DNA of 62,890 bases, the filler included. It is 9 parts of 9 records of this genome, joined end to end, with 100 filler letters (N's around TTAATTAATTAA, not from the genome) between each part and the next. Parts side by side here need not be neighbours in the genome. Positions count along the whole stretch, not along the records: positions 39,466 to 51,303 come from SRR15195285_523; positions 51,404 to 58,533 come from SRR15195285_525; 7 more parts are not named here. One strand, given 5' to 3'. The translations under genes and the position numbers were made by a program. How positions within the stretch are numbered: position 1 is the first letter of the stretch; every line of letters starts with the position of its first letter. The notes beneath the pieces are model-generated. The model worked only from the letters and a program-made list of their open reading frames with translations. It had not been told where the DNA came from and ran no database searches. Below are positions 42,901 to 55,365 of the stretch, piece after piece.

Positions 42901-45900
42901 GGAAGGGATTGACAAATCGCAGTTGCTCTCACATGCTACACGTGCGAAAGTTGACAAAGAAATGGACAAATCTGTGACGCCGGGTTTTATGGATTTGAAG
43001 GGCGCGGTGTACTCGATTCTGGTGGCATGTGCAGGAGGCATCGACAGCTCCATGACCAGCAGGAACTTGATGCTACTCGAAGCGCTCAGCTTGATGCAGC
43101 ACCTTATCCGCGAGGGTTACTATGATCCACGACCACTTGACAGTATAGATGACGGAGTACTGCTCCTTGGCGACGAGTTGAAAGAGTTGCTGCAGTATCT
43201 GGTTCGGCTAATGGATGGGCGGGATGATACTGGATTTCTTGACGCGCGCCGTCGGCAGGAGCTGGACCCGTGGCAGCTTGATGAGCTCTCAAAACCAGGA
43301 TCAACGGCACGTTTTGAGGTCAATGAACAAAATCGTGTTGTCTTCCGGATCAAGACAAAGAGTTTGCAAATTTTGAATGATCTGCTGGACATTAAGTCTA
43401 GTAGTCGCGTGGACCACTGTATGAAAGCTCTAGTCAAAGCACATGAAGACAGCTCACGTGGACTGTTCAGCCGCGCATCAAACGCAAACAACTCGACTAG
43501 CGGGGTCGAAGAAATGGCCAACCCTCTCGCAGACGCCAGCACGTTTGAGGTAGAGGGTCCACCTACTTCCACTGGTGATGTTATCGAAGCCGCTCTAGCA
43601 GGCACACCGCTGCCTGACGACCAGGAATCGGATGAAGAACATGGCGACTTGGATACTGGCTTTGATAAAAAGACAAGGCGAATCGTGTCGGCGGCCTTGA
43701 AGGCAGATCGGGACAACGCGGCTGCGGTGAGCATGTTTCTGAAAGAGGACGATGAGAGCAGGTTTGGGGAGATCCTTTTGGATAACCTACGATATATTGA
43801 AGATGAAGATCTTGTACTCTCGTCATTTGCAGCTTTGCACCATCACAAAGGCGAAAGCGAACGGTTCCACGAGCTGCTGACACAGATCACGCTTGTAACC
43901 ACGCCCGATGATGCGGCGTTGTTCCTGATCCTGTATAACTTGATGAACGATTTCAGGCAGTCCATTGAACGATTACTGGAGGCTTCATCAGCTGAACAGT
44001 GTGTCGCTTGCTGCAAGGCCATGGCCGTACATTGCAACGCCTCTCCAACGGCTCGTGCTTTGCTGCGGAACATCAAAATTGACAAGTACATCTCCAAGCT
44101 GTTGCTGATTCATCCCGACGAAGTTCATTCAGATTTTCTGATCGAAATTGTCACACAGTGCTTGAAGTTGATCACTGCACTATGCCATAACACAGATCAA
44201 TTGTCACAGGTGCTTTTCGCAGACCGACTAGAGACGGTATTTCTACCGATGCTGCGTGGCGGCCCCACAGATGGAGATCCACCATTGACAGTTGAGCAGC
44301 GGGAGCAGATCATGGAACTAACAGCGCGAATGATCACCCATATATTCGTTGGCAATCGGGCGCTCTGCAGTGCATTCTCTACCTTGCTGACGCAAGCAGT
44401 TGTCGACCAAATGCGAGTGTTTGGGAAGAGCCTTGATTTGCTCCGAATCCTGACGTCCCTGATTGTGGTTGACGGAAAGGCTGTCGAGGTAAGTCAAACT
44501 AACGTCAGCAAGAGCTTCGCTGAGAAGTCTGTAAGCCTAGATGGGCGCTTGATGACCGACGAATGGAAGCCCGGTCCGTCAATGGATTTTCAGCGGGTGG
44601 TCGAACACGCGCTAACCAATCCATCTGTCGACGGTGGCGAGCCTTCCCGTCAAGAAATGGAAGTTGATTATACCTGCTTGTTGACAGAGACGGTCGGAAT
44701 GTGTGCTCGAGGACTCATGCCGCACACAGAACTGCGAGCTGCAAGCATACTGCCATTTGATGAATGTGTGGACAGGTTGCTGATGCTGTATCAGGAAGAA
44801 GCGCTAGCAAAGTTTCAACATGATGACAAGCTCATTTCGGTCAAGCGCTGCACCCTGCAGTTCCTCAATGACGTGTTCATTGACTCGGATTCAGAGTTTA
44901 CGCATGCTGTGGTTCAGCAGAGAATGAACGGCTTGTGGACCATGCCTCCAAGGGATTCCGAGAGTCGAGCTGGAGCACGGCAGAATGCTCTTGGTCACGT
45001 CCTGGTGTCTGATATCAAGCAGTTAGAGTGTTCCTCTTCGACAGCTTTCCGCGAGTATGTGATCCAGGAGGTCATGGATTTCTTCATTTTGTACTGCGTC
45101 TCTGCCCCACAGAGCGACACAATTGACATCATACACGAAGGAGATGACGAAGAGTTGGAGACTACGGGCGAGCGGCTAGAGATCCAGACCAAATTGGAAA
45201 CTCTTACCGAAGTCAGATCAGCCGGTGTAGAGTTGCTCGAAAGGATGCGCGGTGGAGCTCAAGGTTTAACGGACGAGGAGTTGATTGACTGCCAACACTT
45301 GATCAGCGTGGTCGGTGATTGGATTGATCGCTCGGAAAATTTACCAGCACAGTATTCTGAGTCTTTCCGCCGAGCTGGAGGCGGAAATCGTGACCGCAAA
45401 CCACCAACGAAGATTGAATCAGAGGTCGACAACATATGGAGATGTTTTGTCGAAGAGTTTGAGAAAGTGGCTAGTGGAGCGGTGGGCTTTCTTGCAGTTG
45501 CCAACGACCTCAATTTGGAGGTTCCGGATTCTGACGACAAGTATAGTTTGTCGCTTCTCGTTGCGACACGGACTCGGATCCAGAAATGCCAGAGCCGGAT
45601 TGACTACAAGATGACACACGAAGAGTCTCGCCTTCTCTGTTCAGTTCTGGACGTAGTACGAGCGATACCATATGTTGTACACGGACAAGAAGAGAAGCTC
45701 AAAGACGTCAAGGTGAACGAACTTTACGAAGCAATGGATATGAACATCTTTTTGATTCCATCTGTTCAAGTTAGTGAATCCCAAATTCAGATATGCACAG
45801 AAGGCTGGGGGCTTCTATGCTGGAATGTTTTGGCCACCGATCAACTCGCTTCACTTCACTTGGCAGCAGTGCGTCTCTTGCAAACAATGCTTGGTGGTGG

Positions 45901-48900
45901 AAACTTCGATGTGCAGACCGCCATCCTGAACGATCTAACGGACAAAAGCAAGTGCGGGCGTGAATTGTTAGGGTCGAGCTGCAGACGAATTTTCCGCAAG
46001 GCCGCTGATGAGTTGCGGTCGATTCGCAAGAAAAAGCACTCAAACCGCGACAACGACGTTCTTCTTGTGGCATTTCATGTACTTATTGTGCTCACGTGCA
46101 GCTGCGAGCATGCACACCGTGGGATGCAGGACTACATCCCAAATCAGTATGGCCATGAAGAGACACACCTGTTGGTGCCAGACATTTACGAATTCACGGT
46201 TGAAGTTGAGCGCGAAATCAAGTATGCGATGGAAAACAGTGCCCTGGGCTCGCTTCACCATGCAGTTGACAGTGGCAGCGTATACCTTCTTGATATGCTA
46301 GAATTGAGCTTCCGTTTGTTTTCGTTTCTCGCGTCCGGCCCGAATGAGCCCAACCAACGCGTGATTGCTTCATCTGGTATTCTGCTCGTGATGAACCGTA
46401 TCCATTCCTACTCGTTGCTGACCGACAAGAGCGAATTGGAAGACTTGGACATTGTAGACCCGAGCCCAGCGTTCACAGAGTCTCACTGGCAAGTACCGTC
46501 CCTGATGAAGTGTCGATTAAATTCGTACACCAAAGAATTGTTGCTTGCCTTACTTGAAGGATCGACTGACGACGGCGTTGTGGCTTCCATTTGTCAGTCG
46601 CTCGACTTTAATGTCTACGCAATGCATATGCGGACGATGAAATCAATCTGTGACGACATGACAAACTCAAAGTTGAGAGTTTCACCTGCAATCCGAACAT
46701 CTGGGTGGGTGCGCAGTCAGTGCTTCCAGTTCATCACGGTTCTCGAGAAGCTTGTCTCGTCAGACCTGCCACGTAAAGCAATGCTTCCTTTGATGCCAGT
46801 TTTGAGGCAAAAACCAATGATGGAGTGGTATAGAGCAAGGTTGGGACAGGCAGAGGTTGTGCGAAACGGTCAGCTCGAATCACTCTACTTCGAAATGCCG
46901 ACCGACCGTCTGGAACCTGCTGTATATGCTCATATGGTAGATCAAATGACCATTCTGATGGACGAGGCATTCAACTCTGCCAGTAGCCACGAAGAAAGAG
47001 TTTTGGCCTTTGTGGAGAACACCATACAGCACATCTGGACGATTGATCGCGACCAGCACATCATGTCGTTACTCGCTAAGAGATTGCTCATGATTCTGCG
47101 CGTCCTGACTAGAGAATGGTACCTTTTCATTTTGAGTTTGTTGATCAACGTCGTGTGTCTGCTATCGCTGGGCTCGGCCGATGACTCTGCGTTGCCTCCG
47201 TTATCGTTCAGTGACGGATCAGAGGAGGGATTTTCAATCCAGAGTACTTTGAGTTTCGAGAATGGCCTTGAGTTCAAGAATCCGAGTGGAATCGTATACG
47301 AGCGCTGGACGCCAGGCGAGTCGTGGATGGCAATGCTTGCGCCTTTGCACTTCCTGGTCAGCATCCTGTCGCTTGTTCATTTCTTGGTGGTCCAGAACCC
47401 CGTCCTTTCTAACGTGAGCTCGAGGGCAAACATGTTGAGGCGCATGCAGCGTTTGCGACTCTCGAAGCAGGCAGTAGGCGCTGGATTCGAGGATTTTGTT
47501 GTATGTACAATCCATGTGAAAGAGCTGCCTCCACCCCGCACCGCGTGGAACCCGGAGGGATTCACATCCTCCAAGCTCAAGAATGCTCTACTTATGTATG
47601 GAGAGATTGGTGGAATTACGATGTGGGGTAGCAAATCACAGCAGGCACTGGTGTCCTTCTTGCAAGAGGATGCTGTCGACCGTGTGACAGACACATTGGT
47701 TCATGTCGATGCCCGCGAGTGGACCACTGCTGGAGGTGTTGTGATGGGAGCAGTTCTGGGCATGAAGTCATCAGCCTCACAGGCAGTTGCTGGAGTTGCA
47801 CAGGCCGGACAAGATGTCACGCGAATGGTTGGCGCAGGGCCTTCACGGGTGAAGCAAGGCAGCGCCCGGTTGCCTGGTCTCGGGAACTCCCGACTTGTCG
47901 GTAACCTCAATGCACTAAGCAAAGAGATTTCCGAGAGCGCGGAGCACAAGATAACGCGTCGGAAGGATATGCTGCTGGAGGAGGTTGAGAAGAAGGGGAT
48001 CGCAGGTGGACTGGCGTCCTTCACACACGAAGGCGCGAAAAGTCTCCAAACAAGCTTGACCACTGAAAGGTACGTCGATAGCTGTTCTGCGCTGGTTCCG
48101 AGTCGGTTGCGTTAGCAGGTCCAGATTTCTGTGTGTCATTCGCCTATTGTGGGGACGTGATCAGCAGGACAGCACGTCATTAATCTTCGGCATCCCGAAC
48201 ATTGGACTGCAAGCTTGTTCTTAGCTCCTTCCTCGTTTCGGCAAACTGCCTGTACCTCTGATCCTCTCATCCTGCTACTTGAGTCATCCCTCGTTCCTTC
48301 TTTCCTTGTTTCCTTCCTACCACTGCCGCCGGCGCCGCTCCCACCAGTGCACGCACTGGACTGAACTGCATGCACTAAAATGTAGGTGGCAACGGCACAA
48401 CTCTGGATCACAAAATGTAACGTACAGGCATCTCAATATCGCCAAAATTTCATTGGAGCAGGCGACTCGATCTACAGGCGAATTCAGCGAGAAACTCAAA
48501 ATTGCCGCCCGTGAGTATGCGGAAGGCACGTCGGAAGGCGCTTCACTAACTCTCAAGCAGCGGATCAATGCTGTGGTAGCCCAGGCAACAAATCTGAACA
48601 TGGCTATTGCGAACGTCGTTGCGCTACTGACTTACGACGCGACCGACCGTGAGGCGTCAGGCTTCATCTCCACCTCGAGCGCTGATGCAATGATCTCACT
48701 CAAACTCGGCCCTCATCTTTTGAAGGTCCTGCTAGACGTGTTCTTCTCTATGTTGGGGGTGTATTCGCATCCCCTTTTCTTCTCCTTCCATTTGTTCCAC
48801 CTTTTCAACGCTCGAGCTGCCAGGATCGTCCTCAAATCAATCACGACGAATTTAAGTCGCCTCACGACGACATTGATCCTTGCGCTGCTCTTGAGTTACT

Positions 48901-49833
48901 TCTTCGCGATTGTTGGCTACCTCTTCTTCTCAGACAGGCACATAAATGACAATGTATCGAACCTTGGCGGGCCTTGCTCGAATCTTTTGACCTGCTTTGT
49001 GTCGTACTCTTTCGCTGGGTTTCTTCAGACTGGCCTTATGTACTGGCTCAAGCGACCAGCTTTCCCACAGGGAGAAGTTGAAACCGCTGGAGATATTCTT
49101 GGTGACGATGGGACCCTCATCATCTTTGAGGCTGCGTTTATGATGATCATGTCAGTAGCTGTGATTAGTATCATCACTGGTATCATTGTGGACACGTTTG
49201 GTGAACTGCGAGTAGCGCAAGACGTTGCGGCTCGCTACCGTCGGTCAACCTGTTTCATCACCGGTGCGTTATGTTGTGTCGACTGCTTGACTGCGCTAAC
49301 CCTATTGCGTGGATGCGTTGTTGTGACCTCTCACTGCTTTGCACCACGTTGTATGCATTTCAGGCATTCCATTTTCCCAAGTCCCAGAGCAGGAGAAGAC
49401 GAGCGTCTTGCAATATGTATGTCTCCTCATGTTCCTGCGCAGAAAAAAGCAACTTGGTGTCCGACCGCTTGATCCACTGGAACAAATGGTTGCGGACAAA
49501 GTTGATGTAGGAGACATCAGCTGGCTGCCACTCGGTCGCGACATGGCGATCGACCATGCGACATCTCATCTCGCCGGCGAGATTAGTGCCACCGCTGGGA
49601 TGCGGAGTGTGGCGCGGCCCCCGTCGAGCCAGCTGGAGAACGTGGAGGAGCAGCTTGAGATCCTAGCCGACGTGGTAGAACGGATCGAAGCTCGACAGAT
49701 CAGCCAAGTTGATGGCGGGCTTGATGATCATGGATTTGATGGAGCAAAGACGGCTGGAGCTGTCAGTAGCGAGTCAGCAGCCTCCGGTGTCCAAAGTGCC
49801 GATACTACCAACGCCACAGACAGGTTGAGCTGA
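39989..49833 (+). CDS. Inositol-trisphosphate/ryanodine receptor family Ca2+ release channel, divergent (~3000 aa); introns 40409-40492, 41756-41899, 48070-48385, 49264-49363
   Basis: Suppressor/MIR motifs (LQIGD, FQLQH, WFRFLPGFRTRKEGEPIRMGD, FHRQSQGYL). RIH and RIH-associated motifs (GGNFDVQ, CEHAHRGMQDY, GPNEPNQ, EVVRNGQLESLYF). S5 YFFAIVGYLFF, S6 IITGIIVDTFGELR, CFITG, WLP tail. All four introns are GT-AG and restore the frame. Confidence 0.92.
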
Positions 49834-49884
49834 TGCTTGTGCCGGAGCGACTGCAAGAGCACGTACGTACCCGAAGGAATTCGA

Positions 49885-50328
49885 TTATGAACACAATGAT
49901 GATTGCACCACACGTATGGTAGGATCCCAACGCATGTGTCCACTTCGAGTTGCGATGCACGGTGGGTAGTCTTCCTTCGTAGCCACTTGCGTGGCTTTAC
50001 ACTCGGCAACCCTCTCCCCACTCAAATCCAGCGCGTCCTGCGCACTGCGTCGTAGAGCTTTGGTTTGCGACAAGACGAGGCATGCGTCAATCATTCTAAT
50101 GGTAGCTATTACCTTCGGGGACGCACCCGCCTTTTTCAGTAACGCTTCCAAAGCCTCTGGCGTGGGCGAGATAAAGGCTTGCGCATAGTCCATCATGAGG
50201 GCCGCCAGCTTCGCCTCCGAGAGTACACTCTCACTACGCCTAGACGCCCAGCCGTCCTGTACTACACTGGGTGCCTGAAAAGAACGTTCATGCATGAAAA
50301 TCGGTAGGAGCTGCGAACCTTCAAGCAC
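49885..50328 (-). CDS. Possible small helical protein or terminal exon (weak AhpD/CMD-like resemblance)
   Basis: 147-codon ORF with protein-like composition (LAALMMDYAQAF..EALEALLKKAGASPKVI); start and exon structure unclear. Confidence 0.3.
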   Translation of the reverse strand: MLEGSQLLPIFMHERSFQAPSVVQDGWASRRSESVLSEAKLAALMMDYAQAFISPTPEALEALLKKAGASPKVIATIRMIDACLVLSQTKALRRSAQDALDLSGERVAECKATQVATKEDYPPCIATRSGHMRWDPTIRVVQSSLCS

Positions 50329-50445
50329 GCGAATTCGGACTAATCAACGTGGTGGGTCTCATTTCTACGCATGGTGGTTAGCTACGCCACGAAGGCAAGG
50401 TCGGTCCGTAGAGTTGCATTCAGCATGCATTCGGTCAATTCTACA

Positions 50446-51303
50446 TCACCCAGTGTCGACCTGCTGGACCAACGTAAACGTCTGATCTCCACTCCACTCA
50501 CTCGCTGGCCCTTGTACCCCACTAATCAGCATCACTGGCTCGCCACTAAGCTCATCGTGTACAAGCTCCGGGCGCTCGCGCCTAGCAAGATCCATAGTCC
50601 CACCGTTCACATCGATGGTTCCATTGAACGCATTCACGTCGCCTCCAAACCATGTGATGCCATCTACTGAGTACGCATGCCGCCCACCTGTGATGTCACC
50701 TGCAACGGCCGCAACGTTGACCCAAACTTGTGAGTTGAGCGATCACTTCTTAAGCTCGTGTTGGACCGACGAAAATGCACTGTTCTGAAGGTGGAGCATT
50801 TGCAACGCAACCTAGCGGTCATGTCACTAGAAGCCATACCTGGCCAGGGGTCCATGCCATGAAACAGTGCGTGGAATCCACGGCTCGTTTTGTAGAGATA
50901 GAAGTCTTCCTGCTGGAAAGGGATTGCGGGACCACGCACGATCGAATACCTGCGCAAGCATCCCGCGGCAAGCGCTCACATGAATTTCTTGGCTAGAAGA
51001 AGAAGAACTGTCACATCAAAATGATGCGCAGCTCAAAGGTGAACAAACGCACGGGCCACTCCAGTGCTCTGCACGTGCTAGCCCAACGACAGTGCAACCT
51101 GGGTAGCCATTGCCATCTGCCGCAGAGCGCACTACGACTCCAAGCGTGCGGCACTGTGTGTGGTTCCCGGCGCCACCTCGGAACATCACCAGTGTTGTGC
51201 CATTAGGTAATATCACAGCCGTAGGGTTACCGCCAATAAAATGCATCTCGTATCCGTTGTTTGCTGCCCATGGAACGCCGTGCACATTCTGTGCACCCGA
51301 CGC
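50446..51303 (-). CDS. GH43-like five-bladed beta-propeller glycosidase-like protein, 3' part with two introns
   Basis: Exons give NPTAVILPNGT..LARAEHWSGP|YS..QEDFYLYK..FHALFH..|HAYSVDGITW..RRERPELV..TFTLVQ. Donors GTGCGT and GTATGG. 5' end cut by the linker. Confidence 0.7.
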
Positions 51304-51403
51304 NNNNNNNNNNNNNNNNNNNNNNNNNNNNNNNNNNNNNNNNNNNNTTAATTAATTAANNNNNNNNNNNNNNNNNNNNNNNNNNNNNNNNNNNNNNNNN
51401 NNN
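51304..51403. other. Artificial contig linker
   Basis: N44-TTAATTAATTAA-N44. Confidence 0.98.
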
Positions 51404-54400
51404 GCCGCCGCCGCCGCCGCCGCCGTCGCCGCTCTGCCCGTCCGAGAGCGTGCATCGCCAAGCTCTGCGGTCAGCCCCGCAGGCCGCGCGGTCGATGCAG
51501 GTGAACACTCCACCGACCAAAGTGATGCAGGCGGTACGTCGGCTGATGAGCACGAGGATGCTTCATCCTCGGGAGGTGAGGCTGAGGTCGATGATGTCAG
51601 TCCGCAGGAGCCTGCGACACCGCAGCGCGACGCGCCCCCAGAATATGATGACATCCTCGACGAAGAGATGAACGGCGGCGGGGCACGAGACAGTGATGAG
51701 GCCGAGGACGCCGCCGTCGGATCCTCCGTGTCCTCTCCCCCGACGCCGCCTAATGAGCCGCAAAGTGGTTCAGGTGGTGTGACAGCAGACTCTCCCATGT
51801 CGGCTCTAAATGCGAAGCTCGTCGAGCTCTCTAAGAGAGATCCAAAGCTTGGAGCACTCGTGACAGAGTTGGACACCGGCGTTTCTTCGCGCGCGCCAGC
51901 GGGGGCGACAGGCCGCGGTATCAGGCATCCGCGGACGCCAAACGCGAAGTTTAAATCGGCGATTAACAAGGCCTCGGTTGTGCATCAAATGGAGATGCAC
52001 AGGCAGTCGATCCAGGATGAGAAGGAAGCTGCTCTCATGCGCCTTCAGCAGGCTGAAGCTGTCCTACGAGGAAGTGCGAGTACACAGTCCCAACCACCTA
52101 CAAACACAACACTGTCCGGCGACACTGAGTCCGGCCAGTCATTGGGGCCTGGTAGAAAGCAACTTCGGTCTGCTGCCGAGGATGCCCTCAGTGCGGTGAA
52201 GGACGCAGCGGAAAGTGTGCGGGAGGATTGCGAAGCAGCTCGTTTAGAAAGAGCCCGCCTCGACGAGCAGCAAGCTGAGTTGAAACAGCTGCACAAACAG
52301 GTTTCTCAGTCAGTCGAAAAGACCGCCTCGGGCTTATCTGAGCAGCAGGCGCAAGAATTGGCGCTGTCGATTCGTTCGGAGTATCTAGCAGAGCTTCAGA
52401 CAAGCCAGAGTGACGTTGAACGGCGCCTGCTGGAGCGAATTGCGGAGTTAGAAGATGAACGCCGACAGCACATGCAGCAATCGGCAGCCGAAGTCGCCGC
52501 GCGTAAAGAGGAAGTGATGCGAGCCGACCTGCAGCTGCAAGAGATGGCGCAGAAGCTAAGTGCTGTGGAAGCCCAGGTTCGACAACGAGATGTGGTCCCG
52601 CCGCCCCCCGCAACGACGGCGCCTGGCTTGCCCAGTGAGCGCTTGTCGTCACTGCAGAGCCATATCGATGCCCTCGGCGCTCAGCTTGAAGCTACGCAAC
52701 GAGCAGCTATTGAATCAGAGGAACGGCATGCCCTCATCTACAAAGTGCTAGGGGGGATACTGGCCATCGTTTGCTTCTATGTGCTACTCTTCTCCGAAGG
52801 GTCTACACCGTTGCCATCGCCTGCAGAAACTCTGATCGTGCCGCAAGAAGCCGTGCCCGCTGCACCCATAGCTGGTGAGCAGATGGCTTCGCAGCATGCA
52901 GAAAACTCTGCAGGCACAGAAGCGCACAGCACTCTTGCAGCACACATCGCTCTTGAAACACCTACAGGTGACAAGCCAGATGAATCTCAGACTCAGAGTG
53001 GTGTTCCAGATCCACCAGCTGGCAATGGTCAAGATGGTGCCGCATTGCACGGTGAGGCAGCCAATGTGGATGTCGGCGACATTCACGCAGGCCGGCAGGA
53101 TGAAGGTGTTCCCGTGGATGCGGCACAAATGCGTGCCATGTATGGTGATGAGCATATGCAACGCCTGGCTGAGGATGCTAGATGGAAGCAGGATCTATTA
53201 GCGAAACAGCACGCCAAGCTTGCGTTGCACAACTCGATGTCCAGCTCTCACCTCAGGCAACAATTGCAGCGACGTGGAATACCTGCACGTGGTGGCAGAG
53301 AAGCACTGCTTTCATCGCTTAAGGCGGCCATTGTTGGAGAGCACGAGCAGCTGATAGAAGGCCGTGAAAAGGAACGTAGGTCAGAAGAACATCGCATACG
53401 GGTTGAAAAGGCCCGCGTCAAGCAGTTGGAAGTCGCGGCGGCAAAAGCCAAGGCTGGAGATAGCGTGTCGCAAGATACTCGTACCCTCGTACATCCGGAG
53501 GCAAATTCCGCGGGCAAGGCCAAAGCTGATATTGCGGCGAAAGTCGCAGAACTAGAGGCTGCGAAGACGCTCGCGGCAGAGCAGGGCATGCCGATCAGCT
53601 CAGCTGTCCTGCCAATGGATGATCAACGTGGTGAGGACGCGGGTAGCAAGCACCCCGAGGCAACGGGCACAGGTGCTGAGCACGTAGAATTCCAAACGGC
53701 CCCAGAGGAACCTGCTAAGCGAGCAGAGGAGGCTGCTGTTGAAGCTGATCAGGTAGATATGACCGAGAAAGATGCTGTAGCCACGATGTCTGAGCAGGTA
53801 GCTTCGGCTGAAGCCGCCGAGAAAGAGTCTGCAACCGCAGACAGTAACAACGAAGCTGTGCTTGCAACCGATCAAGATGGAGAAAGTGAAGCTGCGCCAG
53901 AGCAGGCAGCGTCAGGAATAGCGACACCCGCGGTTACGACACCGACAACCACAGCCAAACAGGCACCTGCGGCAGAGGAAGCAGCAGCGGCTGATCTGGC
54001 AGCTCCTGTCGAAGAGGAGGCGGCTGCAGAAGCGACTGTACAGCCTACTTCGTCTGCTTTCGTCGAGAAACCCGACGAGAAGCCAAGAGATGATACTGCA
54101 GATCTCGATACAGGTGCAGTGGAGGAGTCGCAAACAGTGGTCGATGCTGGCACGGGGATGGATCTCCAGAGCTCTTCTGCATCGCCAAAGACGCAGACGA
54201 TAGATGACGATGACCTTGCAGCTGCCGCAGTTGCGGAGGCTATCGCTGCCCCACGCGTGGGTGCAAATGGGGAGGATCGTTCTGCACCTGCGCCGCGTGA
54301 ACAAAGCGGCGCAGGACGCCGCGATAACACAGCTGCAGGCAGTGATAAAGTGCATGGTGGTGATCAGCTCTCTGGCGGTATCGAGGCTGAAACTGCTGTG

Positions 54401-55270
54401 CAGCCGCGCACAGGAGAAGAAACAGACGCACAGGCGGCATCACAGAAAGCGGATCCAGGGCAACAGGAGCAGGTGCAAACATTCACACCTGAACGAGATG
54501 CACCAGCCAGCCCGGGCGAACCTGTGCCTGATGTGGCACCGACGTCCGTACCAACGCCGTTGCCATCACCGGAGGAAGAAGTTGTGGAGGCGCTAGCGCA
54601 ACCGCCATCGCCACCGCCGACGGAGACAGAAGTTGTGGAGCCGCCGACGCCGACGCCGACGCCGGAGGCGGAAGTGGTGGAACTGCCGCCGACCCCAGCA
54701 TCGCCGTCGATCACAAGTCCAGCTGGCGCGGTTGAAGCGCAACGAGCGCAGTACGCTGCTGGAGCTGAGGATCGTGAACGGAATGCTAAGGCCACATTCT
54801 CTCTGAATGTGGACTTCGGTGGTGGGAAAAAGGAGCGGCTACAATACAAGGGCGGAACGGATCCGCACGTCACGGCATCCGAGTTCGTGCGATTGCATAA
54901 CTTGGAAAGTGATCCGCAGGCTCATGACGATATTGTGCAAGTCATTCTAGATCGGATCACTGGAACCGGTGCAGATTATGACCCCACTGCATCGGCTCCG
55001 TCGCCACCCCGTGTAGACGCGGGTAGCGAGGCGGAATCGGATGTTTTGCGTCAATTGTTCAACGAGGCGGACAAGAACAGCGATGGCACGCTGCAACGCA
55101 AGGAGCTACCCCTGATGCTTGACGAACTAGGGATGTCTGTGAGCGCGCAAGAGTTTGACATAATTGCATCCACCCTCTTGCAGGCTGACGGTTCGCATTC
55201 GACGGGGTCTGCGAGCGGCGAGGGTGTACAGCTGAAAACACTGCATCAGTTCGTGATGGGGCAGCTGTAG
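51404..55270 (+). CDS. Single-pass membrane protein: coiled coil, TM helix, SAP-like motif, long acidic/Pro-rich linker, C-terminal EF-hand; 5'-partial
   Basis: Frame open from the contig edge. TM VLGGILAIVCFYVLLF at ~52745-52795. SAP-like MSSSHLRQQLQRRGIPARGGREALLSSL at ~53237-53320. EF loop DKNSDGTLQRKE at ~55070. Confidence 0.78.
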   Translation, partial: AAAAAAAVAALPVRERASPSSAVSPAGRAVDAGEHSTDQSDAGGTSADEHEDASSSGGEAEVDDVSPQEPATPQRDAPPEYDDILDEEMNGGGARDSDEAEDAAVGSSVSSPPTPPNEPQSGSGGVTADSPMSALNAKLVELSKRDPKLGALVTELDTGVSSRAPAGATGRGIRHPRTPNAKFKSAINKASVVHQMEMHRQSIQDEKEAALMRLQQAEAVLRGSASTQSQPPTNTTLSGDTESGQSLGPGRKQLRSAAEDALSAVKDAAESVREDCEAARLERARLDEQQAELKQLHKQVSQSVEKTASGLSEQQAQELALSIRSEYLAELQTSQSDVERRLLERIAELEDERRQHMQQSAAEVAARKEEVMRADLQLQEMAQKLSAVEAQVRQRDVVPPPPATTAPGLPSERLSSLQSHIDALGAQLEATQRAAIESEERHALIYKVLGGILAIVCFYVLLFSEGSTPLPSPAETLIVPQEAVPAAPIAGEQMASQHAENSAGTEAHSTLAAHIALETPTGDKPDESQTQSGVPDPPAGNGQDGAALHGEAANVDVGDIHAGRQDEGVPVDAAQMRAMYGDEHMQRLAEDARWKQDLLAKQHAKLALHNSMSSSHLRQQLQRRGIPARGGREALLSSLKAAIVGEHEQLIEGREKERRSEEHRIRVEKARVKQLEVAAAKAKAGDSVSQDTRTLVHPEANSAGKAKADIAAKVAELEAAKTLAAEQGMPISSAVLPMDDQRGEDAGSKHPEATGTGAEHVEFQTAPEEPAKRAEEAAVEADQVDMTEKDAVATMSEQVASAEAAEKESATADSNNEAVLATDQDGESEAAPEQAASGIATPAVTTPTTTAKQAPAAEEAAAADLAAPVEEEAAAEATVQPTSSAFVEKPDEKPRDDTADLDTGAVEESQTVVDAGTGMDLQSSSASPKTQTIDDDDLAAAAVAEAIAAPRVGANGEDRSAPAPREQSGAGRRDNTAAGSDKVHGGDQLSGGIEAETAVQPRTGEETDAQAASQKADPGQQEQVQTFTPERDAPASPGEPVPDVAPTSVPTPLPSPEEEVVEALAQPPSPPPTETEVVEPPTPTPTPEAEVVELPPTPASPSITSPAGAVEAQRAQYAAGAEDRERNAKATFSLNVDFGGGKKERLQYKGGTDPHVTASEFVRLHNLESDPQAHDDIVQVILDRITGTGADYDPTASAPSPPRVDAGSEAESDVLRQLFNEADKNSDGTLQRKELPLMLDELGMSVSAQEFDIIASTLLQADGSHSTGSASGEGVQLKTLHQFVMGQL

Positions 55271-55365
55271 AAATGAAATGCGCTGTCATAGCTGTCTCAC
55301 TGTCTCACCGATCCTACTAGATACATTGCGCAGTTTGGACAGGCCGATCGTCGCATTCTTTGGCC

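Noticed and set aside
39989-49833. IP3R as a pseudogene, or stop-codon readthrough / alternative genetic code
   Set aside because: Every ORF break is explained by a canonical GT-AG intron that restores the frame
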